IMG/VR virus record: IMGVR_UViG_3300042465_000911
Coordinates: 1-60,984 of that record
Source of the DNA: a virus
Lineage: Duplodnaviria > Caudoviricetes
Reading direction: 5' to 3' (one strand)
DNA length: 60,984 nucleotides
Both the position numbers and the translations under genes were made by a program. Positions 45,435-55,928 of this stretch are shown in pieces (position 1 is the first letter of the stretch; each line of letters begins with the position of its first letter). The notes under the pieces were generated by a model. It was given only the letters and a program-made list of their open reading frames with translations. It made no database searches and was not told the DNA's origin.

Positions 45435-45510
45435 GGGGGGAAAGCGGGAGTCGCCTCGCTCTCTACCAATCAACTGGTGCCGTCACAAGGAGAGCACCGC
45501 CAGTACCCCC
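45435..45510 (+). ncRNA. Structured intergenic RNA with a loop-E/bulged-G motif
   Basis: GGGGG-GAA...AGTA-CCCCC closing GCGG/CCGC and GCTCTC/GAGAGC stems. Confidence 0.45.
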
Positions 45511-45526
45511 ACCTTCAGGAGAAACA

Positions 45527-45868
45527 ATGAGCACACTTGGAACAGATCCCCACGTCATGGCGCGAACCCATGACCCTGACACAAGCCACGAAGCAGCCGC
45601 CAGCATCGACACTGCCATGATGGAGCGTATGGTGCTGGACGTAGTTGCCCAGTTCCCCAACGGTTGCATAGCCGATGATGTTGAGCGTGCGTTACCGCAT
45701 GTACGTAGCCACAGCATCACCCCGCGCTTCGCACCGCTATTGAAAAAAGGTTTCATCATCGACACAGGTGAAAGACGCATCGCCTCATCAGGGCGCTCAC
45801 AGCGTGTTGTCCGTGTCACTCTGCCAGAAGAAAGAGCAAGTAATGGCCTATTCTCAAAAAACCATTGA
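45527..45868 (+). CDS. Winged-helix protein (ARxxDPxTSxxAA pattern)
   Basis: ARTHDPDTSHEAA...R...L...G.I.DTG.RR. Confidence 0.7.
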   Translation: MSTLGTDPHVMARTHDPDTSHEAAASIDTAMMERMVLDVVAQFPNGCIADDVERALPHVRSHSITPRFAPLLKKGFIIDTGERRIASSGRSQRVVRVTLPEERASNGLFSKNH

Positions 45869-46121
45869 TGCAATCATGCGTGCGCCAAAGACTCCGGGCA
45901 ACCAGCTTGGACGATGGGCGGCGCATCACAACTTCTCAGTTGTTCGCATCTCAAAAGCCTTGGGCGTGTCCCGACAGACGGTCTACAACTGGTTTGAAGG
46001 TGGCGACATCTTCCCAGCGTATGAACACCGAGTCGATACGCTCCTCACAATCCTTAGATCAGCACATTCAGCGGACGACGCATGGAGAAAAATATGTCAT
46101 CACTACAACCTCGTACCTTAA
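45843..46121 (+). CDS. Cro-like HTH transcriptional regulator
   Basis: ISKALGVSRQTVYNWFEG. Confidence 0.75.
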   Translation: MAYSQKTIDAIMRAPKTPGNQLGRWAAHHNFSVVRISKALGVSRQTVYNWFEGGDIFPAYEHRVDTLLTILRSAHSADDAWRKICHHYNLVP

Positions 46122-46282
46122 GCAACGCGGAACTCATCCGCTACTTCGCTATGTACATGGACAACAAAGACTTCGGCGCTCCTATTGAATGGCAACATGA
46201 AATACTGCGCCGCTTCACTGCGGTAGCAACCGACCACGCTTACCCCGTCAAAGACGAAAAGCAACTCGACCTGTTCATCTAA
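46082..46282 (+). CDS. Small hypothetical protein (possible clamp-binding QLDLF tail)
   Basis: ORF between HTH and primase genes ending KQLDLFI. Confidence 0.6.
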   Translation: MEKNMSSLQPRTLSNAELIRYFAMYMDNKDFGAPIEWQHEILRRFTAVATDHAYPVKDEKQLDLFI

Positions 46283-46296
46283 CCCAAAGGATTCCC

Positions 46297-49182
46297 ATGA
46301 CTCCGCTTGAATTTCTAGCGGTGGTTTTGCCGTCTCCGGATAACGGGTTGTACTGCGCGGCAGAGCTAACTACAAAAAAGAAAGAACACACGTTTGTTCA
46401 AAAGATTGAGGAGATAGAACCAACAGTAGGTAAGTGGGTCACGCAGAACAAGGACACCTATTTTGCGTTGTCCACCTTTGAGAACTCGGGTAAGCGAACA
46501 GCAGACAACGCACGGTACATCCGGTCGTTGTTCATTGACATGGATGGGTATGAGACCAAGAAGGCTGCTGCCCTTGCGTTGGATGGGTTTCTTGCCAAGA
46601 CTGGCATCGACCTGTTAGGCAACCCCTACATTGTGAATTCAGGTGGTGGACTGCACTGCTACTGGCCGTTCACAGAAGATGTGGCTGTTGATGAGTGGAA
46701 GCCTGTTGCCGAGAACTTCAAGCGCCTGTGTAAGCAAGAAGCTTTGAGTATCGACATGACTGTGACCGCAGATGCGGCGAGGGTGCTACGCATCCCTGAG
46801 ACGTTCAACAACAAGGCCAAGTACGCTACGCCGCGCCGAGTGCGCATACTAGCTGAAGGCGACACGTTCGACTTCCACGACTTGGCCAACCATATCGAGA
46901 GCCAACTCAAGAACGCTCCACCGCCCCTGCCCCCCAAGGGTAAGACTGACCTAGCGTTGCCGGGCAAGCGCCCTGAGACTGCGTTGTCAGCGACAACAGT
47001 CAAGCTGTTTGAGAACAGCGTCACGAAGTTCAAGCACATCTACAAGAAGACCAAGGATGGCGTGGGCTGTGACCAACTCAGGTACTACGTTGAGAACGCA
47101 ACTGAAGATGGCATGGAACCGCTGTGGCGTGGGTGGTTGAGCATTGCACAGAAGTGTGAGGATGGTGAGAAGGCGGCAGTGTGGCTGTCCGATCTGCACC
47201 CCTACCCCCATGAGCGTATGCACCAGAAGCTGGCCGAGATCAAAGGCCCGTACCCCTGCGTGAAGTTTGACTCAGAGAATCCCGGCATTTGTGACGAATG
47301 TCCCCATAGGGGGAAGATCACCAACCCGCTGGCGCTTGGGCGTGAGACGGCGGTGACCACAGCCGAGACCACCATCGAGGTCGAGAACGGCAACCAACAA
47401 CTCATCCGACCAGAACCGCCGCGTGGCTACGCATACGGCATACGAGGCGGCGTGTTCATGGAGAAGGAAGATACAGACGCTAACGGGCAGGTGACCAAGC
47501 GTCAGATCATGCTGTTGCCCTACGACATGTTCCCTGTGGATATCTTGAGCCATAACGGTGAACATCTTGTGCATATGTTGGCGGTGCGTGACTACAAGGT
47601 GCAGGCCGTATCGTTCCCACAGAAAGCCGTGGTCAGCAAGGATGAGACAGTCAAGGCGCTGGCTCAGCAGAACGTGCTGGCTACCTTTGGCTCGGGCAAC
47701 GACAAGAACTTGTACGACTACGTGCGAGCTTGCGTGGAGAAGATGAGCAGTGAGAAGAAGCCCATAGAGGTGCCAGACCACTGCGGCTGGCAACCCAACA
47801 ACACCTTTGTGTGGGGTGGCAAGATTTACTCTCCCAACAGGGAAGCCATCGAAGTGCCCATGCCCGGCCTTGAGAACATCACAATGAACTCCAAGCCTGC
47901 CGGAACACTAGAGAACTGGCGCAAGTTTATTGACCTGCTGGTGCGCAGGAAACTGTGGGATCACTTGGCCATCATCCTTGTGGGCGCTGGCTCACCGCTG
48001 ATGCGCTTCACAGGGCTACACGGCCTGACTGTTCACTGCGCCTCGACCGACTCGGGTACTGGCAAGTCACTGGCGCTGGAAGGTGCGGCATCCATATGGG
48101 GTCACCCTACCCACTACCGTACAGGCGCAGGCACTTCTCCTGTTGCGATGCAACAAAGGCTCGGCCTCCTGCACAGCAACCCCCTCATTACGGATGAGAT
48201 CACCAGCAAGAACCGCGACGAGTTTGAGTGGTTCCCTGCCTTCTTGCTTAGTATGACCGAGGGGCGCGGCAAAGAGCGCATGGAGTCTGGAGCCAACAAG
48301 GAACGCTTGAACCTGTCTACATGGGCAGCGATGGCGATCATGTCATCAAACACCCACGCCGTGGACTACCTGACAGGCACACGCAAACACGCTTCTGAAG
48401 GCGAGCTTCGCCGCTTGATTGAATACATCATGGACGAGAAGCTGGAGTGGAGTGCGGACGAGATCGAGATCATCAAGTCTTTGAGTAGCAACTATGCCGT
48501 GGCTGGCGTTGTCCTAGCGCAGTACATGGTTGACAACATTGAGATGGTTAAGACGCTGGTGCTTCAGACTGTGCGCCAGATGTATGCGGAGTACAAGGCT
48601 CCCAACGACGAGCGATTCTGGATGGCAGGCGTTGGCTGTGCCATAGCCGCCGGTATATTGATGAACAGCGAACACGCAGGCATTGCCGAGTTCCCGTTGG
48701 TAGAGATCATCGAGAGTTTCCGCAAGCGTATCAATCACCAGCGCGGCAGTATCAAGGGTAGTTACCGCAGTGCCGAGGACGTACTCAATGCGTTTGTGCA
48801 GGAGTACCAAGGTAAGTTTGTGGTGGTGCGTTATGGTGAGAAAGCTGGCCCACTGGCGCACTTGGGGGATGGCTCGATGGTAGACAAGAACACCACACGC
48901 GCAGAAGTTATGGGGCGGGTCGAGCACGGCGTAACCGCAGGGCATGTGGACTTCTTCATTGAAGAGCGTATGCTCAAGTCATTCTGTTCCAACATGAGCT
49001 TTGGTTATGCCAACTTCAAGCGGTATCTTGAAGCGCAGTTTACGGTGTCGTATATAGCCAAGAAAGACATGATGTCTAAGACCAGCGCACCACCTATGCG
49101 TGTGACCGCCATGAAGATTAGCCGCGCTGTGACGGAAGTCGATGAAACGCTTATCCATCAAATACCCTTGGCAAAAGACTGA
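46297..49182 (+). CDS. Primase-helicase (RepB-type primase, DUF927, P-loop ATPase)
   Basis: FIDMD, SGGGLHCYW, RVLRIP primase motifs; SGTGKS and DE ATPase motifs. Confidence 0.85.
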   Translation: MTPLEFLAVVLPSPDNGLYCAAELTTKKKEHTFVQKIEEIEPTVGKWVTQNKDTYFALSTFENSGKRTADNARYIRSLFIDMDGYETKKAAALALDGFLAKTGIDLLGNPYIVNSGGGLHCYWPFTEDVAVDEWKPVAENFKRLCKQEALSIDMTVTADAARVLRIPETFNNKAKYATPRRVRILAEGDTFDFHDLANHIESQLKNAPPPLPPKGKTDLALPGKRPETALSATTVKLFENSVTKFKHIYKKTKDGVGCDQLRYYVENATEDGMEPLWRGWLSIAQKCEDGEKAAVWLSDLHPYPHERMHQKLAEIKGPYPCVKFDSENPGICDECPHRGKITNPLALGRETAVTTAETTIEVENGNQQLIRPEPPRGYAYGIRGGVFMEKEDTDANGQVTKRQIMLLPYDMFPVDILSHNGEHLVHMLAVRDYKVQAVSFPQKAVVSKDETVKALAQQNVLATFGSGNDKNLYDYVRACVEKMSSEKKPIEVPDHCGWQPNNTFVWGGKIYSPNREAIEVPMPGLENITMNSKPAGTLENWRKFIDLLVRRKLWDHLAIILVGAGSPLMRFTGLHGLTVHCASTDSGTGKSLALEGAASIWGHPTHYRTGAGTSPVAMQQRLGLLHSNPLITDEITSKNRDEFEWFPAFLLSMTEGRGKERMESGANKERLNLSTWAAMAIMSSNTHAVDYLTGTRKHASEGELRRLIEYIMDEKLEWSADEIEIIKSLSSNYAVAGVVLAQYMVDNIEMVKTLVLQTVRQMYAEYKAPNDERFWMAGVGCAIAAGILMNSEHAGIAEFPLVEIIESFRKRINHQRGSIKGSYRSAEDVLNAFVQEYQGKFVVVRYGEKAGPLAHLGDGSMVDKNTTRAEVMGRVEHGVTAGHVDFFIEERMLKSFCSNMSFGYANFKRYLEAQFTVSYIAKKDMMSKTSAPPMRVTAMKISRAVTEVDETLIHQIPLAKD

Positions 49183-49330
49183 GCCGGGGCAGGGGTTCTT
49201 TATACCCTGCCTTGACACCGATGCTGTCCGCACTGAGGGCTTAAACCAAGCGCTCAAGCACAGGATATTCAACGCCAAAGCCGCCCCGTGTGTACGAGGA
49301 GGGCTTATCGGGGTATGGTTCTTTCGCTAG
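49142..49330 (+). CDS. Small protein ending the replication arm
   Basis: YPW....GQGFFIP...GVWF pattern; converges on the giant gene. Confidence 0.6.
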   Translation: MKRLSIKYPWQKTEPGQGFFIPCLDTDAVRTEGLNQALKHRIFNAKAAPCVRGGLIGVWFFR

Positions 49331-52300
49331 CCGCAAGGAAGCGTCGAGCGTAGGTCAGCTTGGCCTTATCAATCTGCGCTAACCGCCTGTCTTTTTCTTC
49401 CTGAGACATCGTTGGGTGTGCGATGACACGGCGTTCTTGTGCGGCAAACTCACCCAATTGCTTCTGCACGAAGCCGGAGGTGGATGCCATACTAAGTTTG
49501 GTAGCGTACTCTTGGGCAAACGCATTTGCTTCAGCGCGACGACCTTCAGACACCAGCCTGTTATACGTACCTTTAACTTGCTGTATCTCCACCATTTCTG
49601 CATACGCTTCATCCAACGTACCACGACCTTCAACCGGTTGGAAGATACCGCCAATGAACGGAGTCTTGCTGGCTTTCATGGATGGCTTGGCAATAGCGGC
49701 TTCGGCTTCGGTGTTTAGTATCGGGTTGGCAAGCTGCACAACAGCAATACCAAGAGGCCCTGTGTATCCACGCATCAGATAGTCCAGCGTGATAGGGCTG
49801 ACCCCAACCTTGCCAGTGACTTGACCAAGCAGTTTGGACACTTCTGTGGTGGACTCGCGGTAACGCTCAGTAGCCATCATGGTCTTCTTCTCGCGCTCAG
49901 ACTCAATGTCGCCGCTGTAGAAAGACTTGCCCAGTACTGCTTCAGTCAGCGGCTTAACTGCTTGTGGCAACGCAAACGGATTAGATAGCGCAAGCAACTT
50001 CATCATGCCGTCCATAGATTTGCTGGCCTTCTCGTCGCTAAATGCCATGTTGTACACAGCTTCGGGCAACGCTTTGAACAGGTAACCTAATTCAAATGGG
50101 ATTGGCACACGCACAGGCTCATCAACGCCGGGAACATATACGAACCAGTTTGCCAGCCGCTCTTCAGGCTTGGCGCGTTTGTACGCTTCGTCATCTTCCA
50201 TCATCATGGCGTAAGCCACAGTTCCAGCGGCCAGCATAACGCCACGCGCCACCAGTTTTTGACGAATTTTCAACTGCTCGCTGAAAGGCATATCGCCCTT
50301 GAACGCACGATATAAAACATCCAAACCTTGAATCTGTGCGTTGAAGAACGGGATCAACACGGACAACATCTGCATACTGGGGGACACACCACGGCGGCTA
50401 AAGTTCATCGACTCCAACGTGCGCAACAATGCTTGTTGCTTGGTCATACCTTTGTCCAAAGAATCCTTGTAGACCACAGCGCGGGTAGCCGCATCTCCCT
50501 GCACTGCCAGCGAATCCAGCCTGCTCATTGCTTTATCCCAACCAGACTTGCCTGCGGACACATCTTTCAAGAACCTAGACATATCGCGCTGGTCGCCGGA
50601 GAAGACATTGCTAGTAATAGCGCCTGCAGCCATCAGTTCTTTTTCCACTTCGCTGCGACCAGCCACCATCTTGGCCAGTTCTTTGAACGAACTCAGCACT
50701 GGGAAAGCGTCTGTGCCTGTAGTCAACCACGCACTAAGCGGGTCACGAACCATTTGGCGCAAAGCGTATGTCGGGTTGCGCGTAACAAATGTGCGCAAAA
50801 TATCTGCGGGTATACCCATCAACTGCACAATGGCGGGGATGGTTGTCTTGATACCTTCCATACCTTTGACCACCAAGTCCGCAGGGATGCCATACATATC
50901 GGAGTCAATTAAAGCGTAGTAATCTTTGCCTTTCTTTTTGAAACGCACAACATCACTGCTGGCTGGCCCTTTGCCTTCTGCTACGCGGCTGGCCATCCCT
51001 ATCTTACGCAGGGCGTAAGCGGTTTCTTTCACGCTTTGATTACGCAAGCCCATGTTGGTAAGCATGAAAGTGTTCTGCACGGCACTGGTAAAGATGGGCA
51101 TGATGTAATCATTGCCGCCCACAAGCGCCTGCAACTGAGGTTCGTCCTTGATGTTGCCAATACGGAAGGGGTGCTCTTTGTCCACCATAAGCTGAACGTC
51201 CCCGTTGCCAGACACACGGTAGAACGGCACGTAGCTGATGGCCTTAAGTTCAGCAGCCTTCTCTTTGGTGATAGCGCCAGTCTCGACAAGGAAGTCCAAC
51301 AAACCTGCGTTGTACTCACGGTAAAGTTTGGACGCGGCTTTGACAGCATCCTCTTGTTCTTTGTTTGTGGCAAGTTGCGCCATTACAGCGTTGTACTCAG
51401 CTTTTGCTTTTGCGGAGTTTTCTAAATTCAACTTTTCCCAACCAACTTGATTGGCACGCGCCCCGGCCTCGTAAACAGTCAAAACTTCTTCAGCTTTGGT
51501 GTCACTCTCAAATTTGCCTTTGCTCAACGCTTCAGCAACGTCCACCATGCTTACACCCTTTTTGCTCTCATAGGTGTAGGCAGTGCCGTCAGGTGTGTCT
51601 GTTCTAACAAGAGACACTCTACCGTTTGTCAAAAATTGACCGGAATACATACTGCGTTGCTCACCAAACCGAAGCAGATACTCAGCGTTCAATGCTTCTT
51701 GGGAAGAAATCTGACCAGCAGTTTGGCCTTTCTTCAACGCTTCAGACAGTGCGGCGTACTTGTCAACGAACTGGACGCGACCAGCCAAACCCATCACGTT
51801 GCCAAGGAACTTATCCACCACACCACTTTCACGGGCAAAGATAGAACTGCTTGGCTCTTTCTTGGTTCTGAATGCAATCTGCCCATCGGCTGCACGGTAT
51901 GGGCCAATCTGCTTACTGGCAAATGCTTTGCGGGATTCACGCAAGGCGTAGTACACATCGGACGTGGACATGGCTGACATCTTGGTAAAGCCCAGACGCT
52001 TCAAACCAGCGCGAACCATGCCAACCAGTTCTTTTAACCAACGTCCTGCTTTCTCACGGAAAGCTTCAGTCACCCGAGCTTCTTCGGTGTGGGCGATGAT
52101 CTCGCGCAATACTTGTAATTTTTGAGTAGCTTCGTCACGTCCAAGCGCCGCGTTGGATGCTGCTACTTGTTGGACTTCTATCAACAGTTTGTTGCCGCCA
52201 ATCTCGGTGGCCAGCTTGAACAAGTCGGTTTTGTTGGCATAGTCTTTTAGCTTGTCAATGCCGATGATGGTGTCGATGCCGTAGTGACCAACCAACTCGT

Positions 52301-55300
52301 GAGCAACAGTGGCTTCCAAGTCTTTCAAGTCAGCATGTTGATCGCCCACCACCAGCACAGTACCGTCACTGAAAACCGCGCCCTGAACCATAGCTTCGTT
52401 GGGGTCAACGCCCTCTGCGGTCATGCGCTTGAGTAGGCTCACAGGAATCTTGCCGGGGTCAGCAGCGTACACAAACTTGACGTTCTCAGGCAAACCGGCA
52501 ATAACTTTGTCCATAAAGGCTTGGGCTTCTGCGGTGTCTACAGACCCGCCTGCGGCTTCACGTTTACGGTATGCGGTGCCAGAGTCTTCATCAAACTTAC
52601 GCGCAGCTTCAAGGTCTTTCTTGAGTTGATTGCGGTATGTAGCAATGATCTGGTCTTTGGTAAAGCGTTGTGCTGCACCTTCTTGCTTACCTTCTGTGGC
52701 TTCACGACTTTCAGGCGAACCGGTACGATTTTCCCTTGGGGCACGGTTGACCTTGCGAGTTTCTTGAACACCGCGCTGGCTCTTAACTTCTTGTTTACCA
52801 GCACCCAAGGTCTCTTGGAAGTACGCAATCTGCTCTTTTAGCGTGGCTTTGTATTCAGGTGTTTCTTTACCAAACTGAACAGCCTTGTCTTGGTTGGTTT
52901 TAAAAGACTCGTTGATGTACGCAGTTACCTTAGAGTCGCCCTTACCGTGTCGTTCAGTCAACGCTTTGATACGGCGCTGAGTTTCTTTGACAAGCTGGAT
53001 GTAGCGAGGGTCTTCACGGCCAAGCTCTGCTGCCAAGTTGCGCATCTTTTCAGATGTTTCGGCTTCTTTGCGAACATCGCCACGATTGATACGGGCAGCA
53101 GTAGCGGCTTGTCTTGATTTAAAAACTTTGGTTTTTATGCCTTTTGCTTTTTCTTCTGCTGTAGGCATTCTGAAATCACTAGCCGCACGCAGATTTTCTA
53201 TCGTTCGCTTCTCGCCCTCAACCACGCTTGCGGCTCTAGCTTCCTCAACTTTAACTTTGTGCAGGCTTTGGTATAAATTCTCAATGCGCTCACGAACAGG
53301 CTCAACTCTGGCAAGTACGCTGTTGTATTTATTGAGCGTGGCGTTGATCTTGCGTTGAAGGTTTGCTCTTTCTAACCCTTGCATGGGGCGCTCAGTGGGC
53401 GCTTCCCCTTTGCCAAGCTTGGCTCGCAAAGCCATAGCCTTGTCTTGCACTGTGGGCGTAGCAATACCTCGTTCCATCTGGGCGGTAAGCTGCGCGTGCT
53501 CATCGGCTAAGTCGTGCAACTCTTGCAACAAAGACTTCTTGGCATTACGTTGGGGTGTTTCAACCAGACGTTTCTCAGCCTCAATATTTGCCATAACGCG
53601 GTCGTATTCTTCGGGCGTTACGTCACGGGATACTTTTTTACCTGTCAGATCAAGGCGCTCATCCAACGCTTTGACAAGTGCGTCGCGTTTGGCTTTCTCT
53701 GCATCAAGCTCACCAAGCCTAATCTTTTCTTTCTGTGCTTGCAAAACATCAAGTGTGCGTTGATCTTTGTTGCGAATGGCGGTACGGATGACGTTCTCTT
53801 CACCAAACAAATCAAGGGACTTAGTGTCAATGCGTTCTGGTTTGACGTTTTGCAAAGATGCAATTTCATCTTTGAGGTCTTTAACTTTGGACAACGCAGA
53901 TAAATACGTGGATTGGTCGCGGCTACTAGCTGCCATTTTCTGCATGGGCGCAAGGCTTGATTCCGCCTCACGTAGTTGTTCAGTAAGCGCGTAAGCTTTT
54001 GTGCGTGCTTCGGTTGCTTTTTCTTCAGCGGTTGGTTGAATATTTGAGACTTGCGTTGTCTCCATCTTTGCCGCAACCGGTGCCGATACTGCCTCTTCAG
54101 GCTTCTCAGCCATGCCGGGAATACTTGGAGGTGTTACGTCCGCAACTTGGGGCGCAGGGGTGGGGGCTTCGGCTTCTGTAAACAAGGGGCGGGTCTCGCC
54201 ACGCTGGGTCAGATTGGCTTGCTTCTCAGTCAATGCCTTGCGGCGCATCTCAATATCAGCGGCGGCTTTCTCACGCTCTGCATTCAGTTCTTTGAGCTTG
54301 GCCAAAGATTTATCGGCAACTTCATAGTCACGGTTGTTGGGGTCAGTGGCTTTTGCAAAAGCTGCTTTCTGTGTCTCGATCTGCTTGTCAAGAGCGCCAA
54401 GCGTTACGTTTGCTTGGGCTTCAAACTCGGCAGGTTTGACGGTAACTCCGCCCATTTCCTCAATCTGCTTAGACAAATCGCCAATTTGCGTGTTCAGTTC
54501 TTTGTGCTGTGGGCGCAACTGCTCATACGCTTCGGGGCTTTCAGCCATCTTTGCCGCAAGCTGATCTTCTTGTAGCTTAAGCGTGTCATACTGATCCATC
54601 AGCATACTGACATCCGGCACTGGGGGTGCAGGTGGTATGACTTCTTGGGTAGGTTGCGCCTCGGGCGCGGCAGGGGCTTGCTGTGCTTTTAATTCAGCAA
54701 TTGCATCTTTGCGCTTTTCAAATTCACTACGCACAGCAAAGAAATCATTTTCTTCGTTGAACGCGGATATAGCTTGTTTGGCTTCTTTGTATGCTTGCTT
54801 CTCTTCGTCAGTCGAACCTTTTTTGGGTTTGACAGCAAGAGCTTCCAACTCTTGTTTTTGCTGGAGAAGTCCAGCATACTGGGCATCCAGTGCCATCAAC
54901 GCTTCTGGCTGGTTCTTGGCGGCTTCGGCTTCGTCGGCTATGCGTTTTTGTTCCACAGCACGGGCGGCTTCACGTTGACCCGCTTCTTGACCGCGTTCAA
55001 AATACCGGCCAGCAGGAGAAATAGCACCACCAAGAACAGCGCCACCAATGAAACTGTCAAAATACTCATCCCTAGCTTTGTCATCCGTAATTGACAGTCC
55101 AGCCTGTAAACGCTCAAGTAATTGTTGACCTGATTCAGTCAAACCTTCAATACCGGCACCTTTGCCTGTGGCAAGTGCGTAATCTCCCGCAACCTTGCTA
55201 AGATTTTGTTTGGTTGCTTGCGCCAATACTTGCTCGGGCACTTCTTTACCAGCGGCGGCAAAGATTCGACCGATACCGGGGAGCAGTCTTAAAGAGAGCG

Positions 55301-55865
55301 TGTCCAACACGGCTTGTGGTATGGCGGCTGCGGCAGCACTACCCAGTTCAGTTTCTCCAAGCGTCTTACCTTCTTCCATTTGGCGGGAAAGGTTTGATCC
55401 AGTGAACTGTGCAGCAGACGCAAGTCCTGCCGCTACAGGGGCAACAACCGCTGCTCCGGGCGCAGCCAAAGCGCCAATACCTGCCGCAAGGGGCGCTGCC
55501 ATGTATGGTAAAGAACCGCCCAACAGTTCAAGCCCTTTGGTAACAGGAGCTTCGCCAAAAGTTTCTGTGGGCTTAAATGTTTTTTGGCGGTAGGTTTCTT
55601 GCTCTTGGATGTACTTTTCGGCAGCGGCCTCATCCATCAAACCTGTGCGGCCTGCAAGGGCGGCAACGTCACCTTTTAAAGAAGAGAACCCCGCCTTGGT
55701 AGCAGGCATAAAACCGCTTTGTGCGGGAGCAACTTCTTCTTTTTTCTTAGTAACGCCAAATGCCTGCGGGTACAGCTTTTCCGCTTCACGTAATGCAGAA
55801 TTAGGGTCTTCTCCTTCTTTTAATGGAAAGAACCCGCCATCAGGAAGCTGTACGTATTGAGGCAT
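49305..55865 (-). CDS. Large polyvalent virion ejection protein with a metallopeptidase-like motif and C-terminal LPD38-like domain
   Basis: 2186 aa; AHELVGHYG...EIIA; NFSRRG...PFFNA.IQG, IPFELG, DYLMRGYTG. Confidence 0.75.
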   Translation of the reverse strand: MPQYVQLPDGGFFPLKEGEDPNSALREAEKLYPQAFGVTKKKEEVAPAQSGFMPATKAGFSSLKGDVAALAGRTGLMDEAAAEKYIQEQETYRQKTFKPTETFGEAPVTKGLELLGGSLPYMAAPLAAGIGALAAPGAAVVAPVAAGLASAAQFTGSNLSRQMEEGKTLGETELGSAAAAAIPQAVLDTLSLRLLPGIGRIFAAAGKEVPEQVLAQATKQNLSKVAGDYALATGKGAGIEGLTESGQQLLERLQAGLSITDDKARDEYFDSFIGGAVLGGAISPAGRYFERGQEAGQREAARAVEQKRIADEAEAAKNQPEALMALDAQYAGLLQQKQELEALAVKPKKGSTDEEKQAYKEAKQAISAFNEENDFFAVRSEFEKRKDAIAELKAQQAPAAPEAQPTQEVIPPAPPVPDVSMLMDQYDTLKLQEDQLAAKMAESPEAYEQLRPQHKELNTQIGDLSKQIEEMGGVTVKPAEFEAQANVTLGALDKQIETQKAAFAKATDPNNRDYEVADKSLAKLKELNAEREKAAADIEMRRKALTEKQANLTQRGETRPLFTEAEAPTPAPQVADVTPPSIPGMAEKPEEAVSAPVAAKMETTQVSNIQPTAEEKATEARTKAYALTEQLREAESSLAPMQKMAASSRDQSTYLSALSKVKDLKDEIASLQNVKPERIDTKSLDLFGEENVIRTAIRNKDQRTLDVLQAQKEKIRLGELDAEKAKRDALVKALDERLDLTGKKVSRDVTPEEYDRVMANIEAEKRLVETPQRNAKKSLLQELHDLADEHAQLTAQMERGIATPTVQDKAMALRAKLGKGEAPTERPMQGLERANLQRKINATLNKYNSVLARVEPVRERIENLYQSLHKVKVEEARAASVVEGEKRTIENLRAASDFRMPTAEEKAKGIKTKVFKSRQAATAARINRGDVRKEAETSEKMRNLAAELGREDPRYIQLVKETQRRIKALTERHGKGDSKVTAYINESFKTNQDKAVQFGKETPEYKATLKEQIAYFQETLGAGKQEVKSQRGVQETRKVNRAPRENRTGSPESREATEGKQEGAAQRFTKDQIIATYRNQLKKDLEAARKFDEDSGTAYRKREAAGGSVDTAEAQAFMDKVIAGLPENVKFVYAADPGKIPVSLLKRMTAEGVDPNEAMVQGAVFSDGTVLVVGDQHADLKDLEATVAHELVGHYGIDTIIGIDKLKDYANKTDLFKLATEIGGNKLLIEVQQVAASNAALGRDEATQKLQVLREIIAHTEEARVTEAFREKAGRWLKELVGMVRAGLKRLGFTKMSAMSTSDVYYALRESRKAFASKQIGPYRAADGQIAFRTKKEPSSSIFARESGVVDKFLGNVMGLAGRVQFVDKYAALSEALKKGQTAGQISSQEALNAEYLLRFGEQRSMYSGQFLTNGRVSLVRTDTPDGTAYTYESKKGVSMVDVAEALSKGKFESDTKAEEVLTVYEAGARANQVGWEKLNLENSAKAKAEYNAVMAQLATNKEQEDAVKAASKLYREYNAGLLDFLVETGAITKEKAAELKAISYVPFYRVSGNGDVQLMVDKEHPFRIGNIKDEPQLQALVGGNDYIMPIFTSAVQNTFMLTNMGLRNQSVKETAYALRKIGMASRVAEGKGPASSDVVRFKKKGKDYYALIDSDMYGIPADLVVKGMEGIKTTIPAIVQLMGIPADILRTFVTRNPTYALRQMVRDPLSAWLTTGTDAFPVLSSFKELAKMVAGRSEVEKELMAAGAITSNVFSGDQRDMSRFLKDVSAGKSGWDKAMSRLDSLAVQGDAATRAVVYKDSLDKGMTKQQALLRTLESMNFSRRGVSPSMQMLSVLIPFFNAQIQGLDVLYRAFKGDMPFSEQLKIRQKLVARGVMLAAGTVAYAMMMEDDEAYKRAKPEERLANWFVYVPGVDEPVRVPIPFELGYLFKALPEAVYNMAFSDEKASKSMDGMMKLLALSNPFALPQAVKPLTEAVLGKSFYSGDIESEREKKTMMATERYRESTTEVSKLLGQVTGKVGVSPITLDYLMRGYTGPLGIAVVQLANPILNTEAEAAIAKPSMKASKTPFIGGIFQPVEGRGTLDEAYAEMVEIQQVKGTYNRLVSEGRRAEANAFAQEYATKLSMASTSGFVQKQLGEFAAQERRVIAHPTMSQEEKDRRLAQIDKAKLTYARRFLAASERTIPR

Positions 55866-55928
55866 ATGTTACTCATCGAATTGTGTTACGGCAGCGACCC
55901 CGTGATTCTGCGCTGGTTGGATTATGGC

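Noticed and set aside
27977-49330. Integrase, att sites or host flanking DNA
   Set aside because: No recombinase motifs or host genes were seen, and the ends overlap as a circle
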